Origin: Mustelus asterias
Lineage: Eukaryota
Direction of reading: 5' to 3'
NCBI RefSeq assembly: GCF_964213995.1
Contig: NC_135810.1
Span: 86,056,001 to 86,120,000, forward strand
Length of the DNA stretch: 64,000 bases
Every line of letters starts with the position of its first letter. The stretch's first letter is position 1. The notes under the pieces were generated by a model that saw only the letters and a list, made by a program, of their open reading frames with translations, did not search any database and had not been told where the DNA came from. A program made the translations under genes and the position numbers. Positions 34,713-47,664 of this stretch are shown here, one piece after another.

Positions 34713-37700
34713 CTTTTCTTCTGCATCTTAAACCCCCCCCTTTTTTTAATATCCTATACACGCATTGCCTCAGTGCAACCACCCCCTCACACACATCTGT
34801 CTTTTGGTCATAAAGTTGCTACTTTTTGTTGCAGTTTCCTTTGTCTTATCTGCCAAAACAATCTCGTGTCCCCTTTTTGCCCTCCTGATTTCTCTCTTAA
34901 CTCTACTCTTACACCCTCTAAACTCTTCAAGGGATAGTGTGGGGTGGAGTCGATGGGAAATCCCGTTGACAGTGGTGGGACCAGAAGATCCTGCCACTGG
35001 TCAACAGCATGCTGCCTCCCGCTACGAGAAACACATCGTGGGGAATCCACGGAACCCCCCCCGGCTTCTATTCTTGTTTCGGTTTCGACTCTCCGCAGTA
35101 TTTTGCTGATACATTTTTGGGCCCTGGTTATAAATGGAGTTGCATTTGGAGGAATAAATATTGAAGATCAAATGCGCTCTGAAACACAACAGTTAATGTG
35201 CTAATTGAGGACATGACATGCCATGTGTGTCAAACCACAGGGCTGTTTTGAAAAGCAGAAGTTGTGAGATCAGCTGTCTGAGGATTTGCCTGCTAACCTC
35301 AGTGTGAGGGAATTATATTCCATAATTTTTTCACAGACTGTTTAATATATTGGGTAGAATCCGATATGTTGTGGGTTTGTGGAAGGAATCAGCATAGATT
35401 ATAGAGTAATTTTCTTTCATGCTACTCATTTCCTTATATGACATCAGTATTACAAAGTTCAAGACAACTTTAACTGAGAAATAAGTAGTGATGTTTGTGT
35501 CTCCACCTAGACAGTGGTACCTCCTCACCACAGTCAACTATAAATAGCAGATGCCATTTTACTATCTGCCTCAGATACTCACAGTAACACCACCTTCTAG
35601 ACTTAATGAAAACGTCAATAAGCAAGAAGTGACCGCAGAGAGAAAAACAATAATCACTGTATTGAACATGATTGGACCTTGAAAACATTGAATAAATCAA
35701 ACTGGACTCCATCTTTTAATTATCATTTCGAACACGTACAAAACAGCACTAGGTACTAAAAAAAACCCATCATGGTAATTTGCAAAAAACAAATACACAT
35801 TTCACTTGTTGAACAGTTCGAAACAAAATATGTACCACAGACACCCATTATATGGTGAATGTACAGCACCAGCAGAGGGTGGTAGAAGCCTTTTGATGGG
35901 ACTCAGTAAGGAATTTTACACCAACGCAATCAATAAATACCAGCGACAGCTCTGTTTAAGTGTGCATTAAACAGTATTTATTGTGGTCCTGTTTAATGTG
36001 CATAACAACAACTTGCATTTATATAGTGCCTTGAATGTAGGAAAAGGTCCCTAGGCATTTTGGTCCGTATTTATTTTGGCGCGGTTGGTAAATAGGAGAC
36101 AAATTGCGGTTTTTGGACCTACTAAATTTTAAAGAAAATAGAATCATCAATACGTGTCATATTCTGTGACATGCTGTTGCTTGAAGGCTGCAGTAAATTG
36201 TTTCATAAGATTGCAAATTTTGTTTAAGAGTTGCTTTCAAAACAAAATCACAACATAGAAAAAGGGACAATTTTAAAATTAGTGAAGTGTGACCATTAAC
36301 TTGGAGTGAGGCGGAAGAAATTCCTTCTAGTGTGCAAGCTAAGTCCAAACAGATCAATTCTGGTAGTTTACCCATAGTGCTGACCCCTCTGCTGCAATGG
36401 TTCCTCTGTGCCATCGATAACATGGTGAGCATCACAGCTGTTAGAACTCACTGAAAGGAGTTGTGGTTTCAGAGCATGGGGTGGTGGTTCTTGCCAGTTT
36501 CCCCTCACCAAGATGCAGCCATGCAGTGCTGTACTTAGCAGCTCATTGACTGAACTTGCCCAGTGAGAGCTGCCAAGCTGTAAAGCCAGTTAAAGCTAGC
36601 ATTAAAAGGATGGTTAAGCGCCCAAGGTTTCCCGATGAACAACAATGGTCGCATACCTTTTTAGCAAATGCACAGTAGTCTGGAGATTGTATTGTTGTGT
36701 CTATGTTAAACCACATGAAAACCCTGTACACAGCATTAAGAATACAATCATTTAGAGCCATATTTCAACCTTCGTAGCAAATGTAAACAGAATTTAATTT
36801 GCCGTGGCTCAGTGAAAATAAAACAGTAGCTTACCTGCTGTTCGAATTTTTTTAATACATTAAAATGGAATTGATTCTGAGTGAATAAACCTAGGATTAG
36901 AGTTATAACACTGTCACATTACAAGGGGGATTTATCCAGAACTAATGCATTATTAGGCATTTGAGAATATACTTTGTAAGCACATTCTGCAAAGCAGCAC
37001 TGAAGGATTTGTATTTATAAGAGCTTTGGAACCAATCATCAGAACACTCAGCTGGGTTTGGATGGATTAAAACTGATGCAGAACAACTGGATACTAAAAT
37101 AAGAGTTTAAAGCTTTGCTGTGGCACTTTAGTCAAAGTTTTGGGTGCAGGGGGGGGGATTATGTTTCATATTTCTAAGATAATTTTTTACCACTGGCAGG
37201 ATTGTTGTTGGATTCTGCGTGAATGTTATCTGAATAAACGTTTAGCAGAAAATGACTGAAAATGAAGTGCTATCCATATTCCTTAACCCACAACTAGGTA
37301 TGAAATTCTTGCTCATTTTGTAACCACCACTGCTCAGCCACAGTATTTAAATTTAAGCTGGACAGGGTGAACTTGTAATTTTACTCACACTGGTACGTCA
37401 GTCTGCATTATGTGACCTCCAGTTAAATTAATATTGAAAACACAATCGAAGACAAGTTTTCCAAATAGGAAACATGTTTGCCACGGGAGCAGCAAAGCAG
37501 TCTGCTATTCACAGAATTCCACCTATTGCAAATTGATACCTTAAAAGGTGAGGCCAACATGATTTGCAAAATAGCACAACACTACAATCTAACCCTATTT
37601 TCCCAGGTGCCAAAAACATTTGCATTGGCAAACTCACTGTCTGAAAGGGTGGTACATGCAGAAACCTTCATCACATTATTAAAAAATACCTGGATATGCT

Positions 37701-37972
37701 TTTAAAGTGCCATAATCTACATGACTAGGGGCTGAGAGCAGGAAAGTGAGATTAGGTGGGATTGCCCTTTATAGGTTGACACAGTCACAATGCACCAACT
37801 GGCCTCCTTCTATGCTTCTATTTCAAGCTTGAATAGGTAGATGCACCATACACATGTGGGTTTAGCTCTGGTTACACATGTGGCTTATCTCTGGTGAGTT
37901 ATTGCATTGGCATAATTACAAATGCACTTAGCCAGGCATAACTTATTCATTGCTGCTTGTTGGATCTTGCCA

Positions 37973-38276
37973 TGGGCGGCATGGTGACATAGTGGTTAGC
38001 ACTGATGCCTCACAGCGCCAGGGACCCGGGTTCGATTTCTGACTTGGGTCACTGTCTGTGTGGACTCTGCACATTCTCCCCGTGTCTGCGTGGGTTTCCT
38101 CCGGGTGCACCGGTTTCCTCGAACAGTCCAAAAGATGCACTGGTTAGGTGCATCGGTTACAGTAAATTCTCCCTCAGTGTACCCGAACAGGCGTCGGAGT
38201 GTGGCGATTAGGGGATTTTTACACCAACTTCATTGCAGTGTTAATGTAAGCCTACTTTTGACACTAATAAATAAAC
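37973..38276 (+). mobile_element. HE1-like SINE with type B tail
   Basis: HE1 head plus CTCAGTGTACCCGAACAGG...CATTGCAGTGTTAATGTAAGCCTACT..GACACTAATAAA. Confidence 0.88.
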
Positions 38277-39254
38277 AAATTGACTGTTGTGCATACCTGC
38301 ACCCTAACTCTGCAACTGAACTGGAGTGTTTTGGAATGTCCTGAGGTTGTACTTGCTGCTGTGTAAATACAAACTTTTCTTCATCTTCTTTCAAGTTGCC
38401 CACCAGACTTCAGAAAAAGAATTCTCATCTGCTTACCAGCTCAGTGCAATACATCCTAAAATAGGTATCATTTGTGTGCAGCAACTGCCAGCTGCAATGC
38501 TCGTGTCTGTCCATGCAGTCCTCCTTTACACATTTTAAAATTATTAATGGAAAATGCTAGTTCTAATTCAACATGTGTTAGGAATATGATACACAATGGG
38601 GAACAATGAGTTTATGGGAATATGTCATGAGTTTGGTCTGTAACTCATTCATGCCATGCCTGTGGCAGTCAAGTCATTAGACCCATCATCACTTTCCGCT
38701 TAATGTTCTTGTAAATCACATTTCTTACTGGGCGTCCCTTACATAATTAAAGTGAAGGTTCAAATTAAACTTTATCTGTACAAGTTGGTGTACCAGTTAC
38801 AACTCCCATTTAACTTAACAAATAGCTCCGTGTAGCATAGCTAACTTTGCAACAAGTGTTTTAATAACAAAATATAACCTTCATTTCAATTTTGCTGTGA
38901 ATGCCAACAGGCTAATCACTTATGGACAGATGCTATGCCCAACCTTAGCCTCTCCAGACATTCACATGTGCAGTTCCCACCAGGAAAAACAATAAGAAAC
39001 AGGATCCAATAGTGATTTTCTCCCCCATTCCTCGTCCAGGGTACTGAGGGCAGTCAGTACAGTGTCCTTGCTGATGCTTTAGCTGAGATTAGTCAACTCA
39101 ATACAGACTAGGAATTGAACTTTCCAGTCTGTGTGGCTCAGAGTAACATCATGCACTGTCCTTTATCCCCCAAGTTATTCTTTGCGTATACTGGAAACTT
39201 TTATTTATTTTGTTACCAAGCTTGAGTCATTGCAGTCTGATCAAAGATTAAACA

Positions 39255-39571
39255 GGGCGGCACGGTGACACAGCGGTTAGCACTGCTGCTTCACAGCGCC
39301 AGAGACCCGGGTTCAATTCCGGCCTTGGATCACTGTCTGTGTGGAGTTTGCACTTTCTCCCCATGTCTGAGAGAGTTTCCTCCGAATGCTCCGGTTTCTT
39401 CCCACAGTCCAAAGATGTGCAGGTTAGGTTGATTGGTCATGCTAAATTGCCCATTGGTGTAGGGGGGATTACGTGGGGTTATGGGGATATGGCTGGGTGG
39501 GATTATTGTCGGTGCAGGCTTGATGGGTCAAATGGCCTCCTTCTGTACTGTAGGAATTCTATAATTCTATG
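39255..39571 (+). mobile_element. HE1-like SINE with CR1-type tail
   Basis: Complete head and AATTCTATAATTCTATG tail. Confidence 0.9.
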
Positions 39572-39682
39572 AAATAAGTTTGAAAAATTAAAATTCAACA
39601 ACAAAAGGATGTTGAAAAACAAAGGAACGTAGCTCCTTGTATAACTCAAGTGTGTTTATTTAGTTAGTGGTTGAATGACACA

Positions 39683-40045
39683 AACCAGCCTCCCACCCAT
39701 TGACTCTGTCTACACTTACTGCTGCCTCGGAAAAGCAGCCAGCATAATTAAAGACCCCACGCACCCCGGACATTCTGTCTTCCACCTTGTTCCGTCGGGA
39801 AAAAGATACAAAAGTCTGAGGTCATGAGCCAACTGACTCAAGAGCAGCTTCTTCCCTGCTGCCATCAGACTTTTGAATGGACCAACCTTGCACTAAGTTG
39901 ATTTTTCTCCACACCCTAACACTACATTCTGCACTCTCTTGTTTCCTTCTCTATGAATGGCATGCTTTGTATAACACGCAAGAAGCAATACTTTTCACTG
40001 TATACTAACACATGTGACAATAATAAATCTAATCAAATCAAATCA
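39683..40045 (+). mobile_element. Rex1/Babar LINE 3' end
   Basis: Encodes CLGKAASIIKDPTHPGHSVFHLVPSGKRYKSL...LKSSFFPAAIRLLN; ends TGTGACAATAATAAA(TCAAA)n. Confidence 0.8.
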
Positions 40046-40289
40046 TATTAAGCAGGTCAGTGCTATGTTCATCCACAGTCTGTACTGAGCTAACTATTCT
40101 CAACTTGGTAGCAATAGATGTGCTAAAATTAATTCAAATGCCCCAAATTGGGGAGAAGAGGGAAGCTCAACCATTGTTCTCTTTCTTAATTATCCAGCAA
40201 TGTCTCCAGTAAATGCATGCCCAGACAGTGGGTCAACTGAAGGTTCAGTTTGACTGTGAACATAGGAATAGGAATGTCTTTGACATTCT

Positions 40290-41480
40290 TGAGGGCTGTT
40301 TGGCTAGTCAACAAGATGATGGATGATTTACGAACTACTCCATGCAATTGCCTTTGCCTGACATCCCTTAAATACCTTTGATTAACAAAAAATCCATCAA
40401 TCTCAGATTTAAAGTTCACATCTGATCTAGTATCAATTGGTGTTTGCAGAAGAGACTTCCAAACTTTTATTAGATTTGCTGTGTAAGAATCTTCCTAATT
40501 TCAGTCATAAAAAGTCTGGTTCTAATCTGGCTATGATTTTTAGAGAATGTCCCCTAAGCTTAAGGGTAAAATACCGCGGATGCTGGAATCTGAAACAAAA
40601 ACAGAAAATGCTGGAGAAACTCAGCAGATCTGACAGCATCTGTGGCGAGAGAATCGAGCCAACGTTTCGAGCCTGGATGACCCTTCGTCAGCTCTGTCCC
40701 CTAGTCTTAGATTCCCCATCCAACTGAAATTGGATATCTTGAAAACCTTGATCAAATCATTCCTTAAACTTTTAAATTCCTTGCAACCTTGGTTTAGAAC
40801 ATAGAACATTACAGCGCAGTACAGGCCCTTCGGCCCTCGATGTTGCGCCGACCTGTGAAGCCAATCTAAAGCCCATCTAACCTACACTATTATAGAACAT
40901 TTGTGTAATCTCTCTTCATAACCTTGGAGTCCTCATACCCATTAATCTAGTAATATCGGTATATATTGAGCTTTCATCTACACTGCTTATGGTGCCACTT
41001 TTATGTTGTTGGTAGAGATGGATATGTGGTGCTCTACCCCATCATCAAAATCATTAATAAATACTGTGAATAGTTAAGTCCGTAATACAACTCATTGCGG
41101 GTCATGACTAGCCACATCCTGCCACTTAGAGTACCTGCCTATTATCCCTACTCCTTCTGCTTAGACTATTTCCTAATCAGGTCAATAATCTGTCTTTAAA
41201 TTCATGAGCTTCAACTTCAATTAACATTCTTTTCCAATGGATTTTATTAAATGTCTTCCAGAGGTTCATATAAATAGAATCCATGGACATTCTTCTATCT
41301 ACTAATTACCTCTTCAAAAAATTCAACCAGGTTCATCAAGCATGATCTATCCTTATAAATCCACACTGGCTCTCTCTGATCTGCTGAACATTTTCAATGA
41401 GTTCAGTTCTTAATTATGAAGTCCAATAATTTCCTGACAAAGATGTTCGGCTAACTGGTCTATGATTCTCTGGTTTCACG
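40290..41480 (-). mobile_element. Cluster of old CR1 fragments with small nested insertions
   Basis: Minus strand NFKSEIDGF and RNDLIKVFKI motifs plus YRPVS-type RT start near 41460; a young CR1 tail at 40795-40890 is flanked by TAGAACAT. Confidence 0.65.
40565..40694 (-). mobile_element. Penelope pLTR fragment with imperfect hammerhead core
   Basis: Minus strand CUGACGA-A-GGGUC..GGCUC-GAAA-CG-UU; TGTCCCCTA repeated at 40548 and 40695 as a TSD. Confidence 0.65.
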
Positions 41481-42524
41481 CTCACTTTTCTTAACTGAAA
41501 ATTAAAAATGAACATGAAGATTTTACACTGTTGAATCTCAGATCCGAATAATGGCTACTTGGTGAGGTATCTTGTCTTAAAATTGTACCCAAGCAACAAG
41601 GAGCCAAAACCTTCAGGAGAGGAGAAAAATTAAGAAAATGATGAGCAAAAAAGTACACATCTTTTTTAGGTGACGTAGGATTATACAATTGACAAGCAAT
41701 GCCTGAGGCACTAATTTCACCTTTCAGGGCTACCACATAGTTACTATCAGTGACGCTGGAATGTTTGCTTAAGTTAGCTTTCTTCACTTATGGTGCAAAC
41801 CGTAATTTGAAATGTTCAAACATTCACCACACAGCCTTGACAAGTTGCCACAGCCATTTTATTTGTTAGCCCCAATGGGTGGCACACCCAAGTGAAAAGT
41901 CTGTTGCCATTGTCCTGTGACAGAGGGAACAGCTACTGTGGTAAGTACGGTCTGTCTTTCCATCACCAGTATTACTGAGACAACAAAATGTTCTTTCACA
42001 CCAGCCAAACATTCATCACCCAGTACAACAGATGACTCTTTCCCACTGCAAGTGAAAAGTGCAGATTAAGTACATGGCAGAAGCACAAAGGTTTACCCAA
42101 GTGGCAAGTATGATAACAGATTACCCCTGCTAATGATTTTACACCTGTCAGTTGGTTCACTTAATTTACTCTTGTTACCCTCAGTGGGGATATCCATTCC
42201 CCCTTGTTGCTTTTTCTTGTAATAAACAGGAAGAAGCTCTCATAAACAGTAGAAAAACTGCCATTTGGGAATTTAAACTGTCAGATTATCTGCAATGTAA
42301 CCAAATATTTTGAACAGCAGTATTTTAAATTAATCCCAATCCTTGGTTTATTCTGAAATATGATTTCTTCTTCACCATGTTAGTTTATTTTCCTATTAAG
42401 CATTCATTGTTCGCATCTCTTTTCTTCCTTTATTTTGCTGCAAGCATCCCTTTCCCTGCAAATTTTATTTTCTGAATTTTACAGAATTCCTTCCCGAATT
42501 GAATGAACTCCCTTCAGGTCATTG

Positions 42525-42666
42525 CGCTTAAGGGCATTTAAATGGTCATTGGATAAACATATGGATGATATTGGAATAGTGTAGGTTAGATGGGCTTTAG
42601 ATTGGTTTCACTGGTCGGCGCAACATCGAGGGCCGAAGGGCCTGTACTGTGCTGTAATGTTCTATG
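42525..42666 (+). mobile_element. Short young CR1 3' end
   Basis: GGCGCAACATCGAGGGCCGAAGGGCCTGTACTG...TTCTATG; GTCATTG repeated at both flanks. Confidence 0.8.
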
Positions 42667-42677
42667 TCATTGTCCAA

Positions 42678-43721
42678 GGGCAAAACCTTGAGCCCGTGTT
42701 TGCCATCTACAAGGTTGCCGGTGGGGGCTCAAGATCCGGAAGTCACAGTTCTCGCCGGTGAGATTTTGGATCTTCCCCGTCTCTCACTGGTGACGTCATC
42801 AGGTTGATGCCCATAATGGGTGTGAACCTGCTCTGTGTGCACCAACATGCATTTTAATACCCACCCTCTATGCTGTATCTTGATCCCCCTCCAGGTACTG
42901 ACACCACACTGATGTAATGTCATGTTGGCGCAGTTCACGACAAGTTCACAAAGATGTGAACCTGTCGTGGGGATCCCCCGGGGGTGTAAAGGTATGTATA
43001 GCCCTCGGGGTAAAGGGACATGGCCAGGCAGTGCCCTGGCAATGTCCCTTGGCACAGGTTGGCATTGCCAGGTGGGCACCATGCCACACTGGCGGTGTCA
43101 ACCTGTGCCAAGGGGCGGGTCCCAGTAGAAGCTTCAGTGGGGGGGTGGGGTGGTTAATTCTGCTGTGCTTGTTGGGCTTGAGGCCCAACAATGAGGGGAT
43201 GCCGGCTCTGACTGTGGGAGGGAAATGGCTGAGGGTTGCATTGGGATGTGGGGAAAAGAGAGAGAAAAGGCAGAGGATTGTGTGGGGATGGGGGGGAAAG
43301 AAAGAAGGGGCTGATGATCGCTGGAGGGTAGAGGGAAGCGGCCGATGATTGTGATGTGGCGGGGGGGGGGGGGGGAGGGAGAAGAGGGAGGGGGGGTCTA
43401 AGTGGATGCTGGCTCCGATTGGGGGTGTGTGGAGGGAGCCCCTAGACCTCAGTGATGGCGTCGGGTGGGGGGAGGAGGGGTTTTATTGGAGTTTTGATCG
43501 GGGCGCCCTTTAAAGATGACACCCCAGTCTTTGAGCAGCCAGGTTTTGCTGGTGTGTTTAAGCCTCATCCACCTCGATGATGGCATGATTCACGACCCCT
43601 TGACATTTGTTTTGGAAGATTCTGGTCAAATCTGGAGAAAAAACTGACCTGTTTACTGGAGAGAAACGTGTCGGTTTTCTCACCAGAAACAACGCTTCCA
43701 GTTTTTGGTAAGATTTTTCCC
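42678..43721. mobile_element. Non-autonomous PIF/Harbinger-type element with 3-bp TSD
   Basis: Ends GGGCAAAACCTT / AAGATTTTTCCC (10/12 inverted match); CAA on both sides (42675-42677, 43722-43724). Confidence 0.7.
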
Positions 43722-44740
43722 CAAGGGTTTCAAATCAGAATACAAACAGATCAATTGCAGAGGGACAAAGCATTGTGATCTTAGGTATGATTACTCTGGT
43801 TCAGGGAGTTTCTTAATGTTGCCCTTAGCATTCCCACCCCGGAAACAAATCAGTGAACAACTAGTTCTTTAACCTTTACCGCTGGTAACTAATAGCTGGA
43901 AGTTATTTTAGAAAGATGGGCCTTACAATTTGTGTCTAATAATCTCCCACAGTCCTCATGCTTAAGACTTCTTTCATTTCACAACTATCGTACCTCATGG
44001 TCTTCAGACAATATATCCTTATTGTAAAATGTCATTACTTACCTTCTGACAATTATACATGTCTGTATGGCTCATCAGTCAGCTACTTTCAAAACACACA
44101 GGCACTTTGATCAATAGCCAACAATGATTTCCTGTGTGTGGTGAAGTGTTTTGCAGAAAGATCAGATAAAATCACATTTTTCCATTAAGAAGAACTAGAA
44201 AGATGATTTGGTTGATTTACCAACAAATACAATTTGGGTGAAAAGTGATATCTGAAGCAAGGTAAAAATCACACTGACCCTTTTATCTTCTGTATAAATG
44301 TGCAAAACCAGATTTACTGCCAAGTAACAAACTTTCAAGCGGTTTTAATGGAGTGATCAAAAGCACATACCTTAACCATAAAGACAATGCACAACTCCCT
44401 CATTGTACTCAAACACCTACCAATGTTGAAAAATTATCTGCATTAGACCATAAAAACAGGACCTACAGCTTTCAACAGTCAGACGTGGGAGTCTAAGTTC
44501 AATTAAAGTTTTCTATCTCTGTGGTAGGCAGGGGAGCTCTTACCCACCAAAGTTTCTAAACACATTAATGTGCTGCCGTGTCACATCTTATTGGTCCTGC
44601 TTGTTCAAAGAGTTGCGAAACATGTCAGATAGTCGAGGTTTACATTTAAGAATAGAATGTGTAAAGCAGAGGAAACTTTGTACTGCAGGTCACGGTGTTC
44701 TAGAGAGCAGCTAATGAGCAGAATGGATGAGTTTCTTTAC

Positions 44741-44832
44741 CTGTAAAAGTCTTTGTATTGCAGCTTCAGCTCCCCTCCTTTCCCAAAGAAGTGCACCAGC
44801 AGGGTTGTGTTCATTCCTTTGCTACCTTTCTG
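44741..44832 (-). CDS. MICU2: MICU2 coding exon (equivalent to human exon 8), 92 bp
   Basis: Minus strand reads ctttgtag|CAG...TTTTACAG|gtaaag and encodes QKGSKGMNTTLLVHFFGKGGELKLQYKDFY(R), matching the MICU2/3 motif NTTL..FFGK.G..KL.Y..F.R. Ends in phase 2, compatible with the next exon. Confidence 0.93.
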
Positions 44833-45063
44833 CTACAAAGACAGAAATAGATCATTAGCCTGCTTAACTGCAGTGCTCCGAAAAGCTGGCCAATCACAGG
44901 GAACGCGTAAACAATCTCTAAAACCAAAATGCAACAGCAATTGCTGTGTTACAATTCAAAATGACAAAGCACAGCTGATGTTGCACGGTTCAAGGGCATA
45001 ATTGATAATGCTTCAATCAGTTGTGGAACACGGTTACTGAACTGATAACTTGCTGCTGTAAGA

Positions 45064-45395
45064 TAGAATCCCTCCAGTGCAGAAGGACGCCATTCAGTCT
45101 ATCAAATCTGCACCGACTTTCCAAAAGAGCATCTTACCCAGGCCCTCCACTCTGCCCTACCCCCTGTAACCCGCATTTACCATGGCTAATCCACCTAACA
45201 TGGACACTAAGGGGCAATTCAGCATAGCCAATTCACCCAACCTGCACATCTTTGGACTGTGGGAGGAAACCAGAGCACTGGGAGGAAGCTCACGCAGACA
45301 TGGGGAGAACGTGCAAACTTCACACAGACTGTCACCCAAGGCTGGAATCGAATGGCGCTGAGAGACAGCAGTGCTAACCACCCTGTCCCCGTGCC
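45064..45395 (-). mobile_element. HE1-like SINE with CR1-type tail
   Basis: Reverse-complement HE1 from TAGAATCCC to GCAGTGCTAACCAC. Confidence 0.85.
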
Positions 45396-46994
45396 ACTCC
45401 TTATGTTCTGGCCATTTTAGTTACCACTAATTAACTATAAACTGGCAATGATCAAGTTACTAATTGTCTAATATGAATGCCAACACACATCAATAACTTG
45501 CCGTGTTCTGTCAGTTGGTGTCCACAATGGTTAACTGGTCAGCATTTTTTTAGGACTTAAAGCAAGCAAAAACTTACCTTGTAGCCCCAAAAGTACACAG
45601 AATTATTCTTTTAAATGCTCAAATTTCTGGCCACAAGTAATTAATTTAAATATCATACGCTGGCAGAGAAAAAGTTAATTAATGAAAGAAACTCTTTACA
45701 ATTTGCTAAATATAAGCAAACAGCATCCATAGCTTCTGCCAAAATTCTACACATTTCAGGATGCTGCATGCTCAGAATCCTGGTGTTTTCATAAGAATTT
45801 CCCCACCATGAATGATTTGCCCAAAGTCCGTCAGTGTTGTAAACCACCATCGAACAAAAGAAAAAACTTAATTGTAGTTTTCTCTATCCTGAATATTTTA
45901 CCGACTGATTTTAAAAATAATGCGCATACGTACATTTCCTGCCCTCAAACTTTATTTCCTGATGCCACAATTTTTAGTCATTTTTAAACATCAACATTTC
46001 ACAAGCTATATATGTATTTATTTCATTCTGATGAGAACTCCCTATGTAAACAAATCCAATGACACTGTAAGCTGCAACCACTAGGTGGTGATATAGCTCC
46101 ACTGCATCCTGTAGCATTGCCTCCTCTGGAAATGCCACAGGAGATTTATTAATACTTAGAAATTGTAAGATTCCGCATGAATAAATAGTCAAAATTATTA
46201 TGCAACTGTCATGGTTACAGTCACAAGATGCTGCTGGCTCTGGTATCACTCGATGGCTAGAAAATGTATGCAGACATGTTCAGTTCTCTGGTCATTAAGC
46301 AGCACTGAAAACACTGCTTTGGCAGCTGTAATGCATTAATATCCAAACTTGTGCCACTCCTACCCCATGTTTATATTAGAGCCACAATGCAACAAAATGA
46401 TCAATTCTTACAAAGAAAACAGATCTGACTGGCAGTAACTCAAAATCGTGTTTGGAATTGGAACAAACTTGGGGAGTGCTTGTGTACCAATCGAGTTTTC
46501 ACAAAAACAGGCGAGTAATTGTGGTTTTATCTGGTGTATGATTCTTTAGAAATGTGGCCTGATCAATTACAACAAAACATTCCTCTGCAATTATGAATGA
46601 CATCTGTGTTTACTATAAAGCACATTGAAAATGTGTTCAATGTGACTGAAAACACCATTATCTCCATTGTTTGTTCTTTGCATGCAGAGCATGTCAAGTA
46701 TTAAAAAGCAGAGTGTAGAGCTTTAAGGCCCCTTACCAGACTTGTGCCTTTCCACCCAACTTGTAAACTAAATCAGATCCGTCCAGCCAGGCTTTGTGAG
46801 AACCCACTTTGGCTTCAGTTTCTATTTTCACTTTTTTTTAAGCATAGGATCCGAAATAAATTGCTTCTAATCTGATAGTACGTGTGAAAAATATTCCTAA
46901 ACATTTGAGAAAATGTAATAACTCAATAGGTGAAAGACAGAATCAAGACCATTTTTAAAGAATACAAGAGAATAGAGGACTATATTTTATTTAA

Positions 46995-47375
46995 TTTATT
47001 CTTTCGTGTGATGTGGGTGTCACAGGAAAGGCCAGCATTTGTTGCCCATCCCCAATGTCAGCCCTTGAACAGAGCGGCTTGCTAAGCCATTTCAGAAGGC
47101 TGTTAAGAATCAACCACTCTGGAGTCAAATGTAGGCCAGGCCAGGTAAGGATGGCAGGTTTTCTTCCCTACAGGACATCAGTGAACCAGATGGCTTTTTA
47201 CGACAATCGATGATGGCTTCCAGGTCACCGTTACTATGACGAGCTTTCAATTCCAGCTTTGATCAATTGAATTTTAAATTCCATCAGTTGCTGTGGTGGA
47301 ATTTGAACACATGATCCCAGAGCATTAGCCTGGGGCTCTGGATTACTGATCCAGTGACAGTAAGCCACTATCTCC
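46995..47375 (-). mobile_element. Deu-domain SINE (SacSINE1-like)
   Basis: Plus strand GTAGGCCAGGCCAGGTAAGGATGGCAG...GTGAACCAGATGG, the reverse Deu core, with a tRNA-like head at the right end. Confidence 0.7.
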
Positions 47376-47436
47376 CCAATGATGTTCAACAAAGGAAGAG
47401 GGGGCTCGAGTGGTGCATAAACATTGACACGGACTG

Positions 47437-47664
47437 TGTAATGACTTCAATCAGGCCACTGAGGTTGGCCTATTGGAGTATGAACTCACTGATTAAGGAT
47501 CCAATTGATGGGCCAATCAGGAATCTTTGCCTTGTACTTAACTGGAAGCGTCAGTCCCTCTGACACCCCTGGAGATAGACTGCCAGCACTCTGTGTACTG
47601 CTGTTAGAGTTTGTAAATAAAGGGATTTTGGTGAAGGGACTTCTGCCTCCGAAGGCTTATTAAA
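47437..47664 (+). mobile_element. 228-bp solo LTR inserted in a CR1 tail
   Basis: TGTAAT...ATTAAA ends (ATTACA expected); 5-bp TSD GACTG at 47432-47436 and 47665-47669; AATAAA at 47616. Confidence 0.75.

Noticed and set aside
45578-45640. Possible MICU2 exon ending GYK|gtaagt
   Set aside because: In-frame TAA a few codons upstream and no suitable acceptor.
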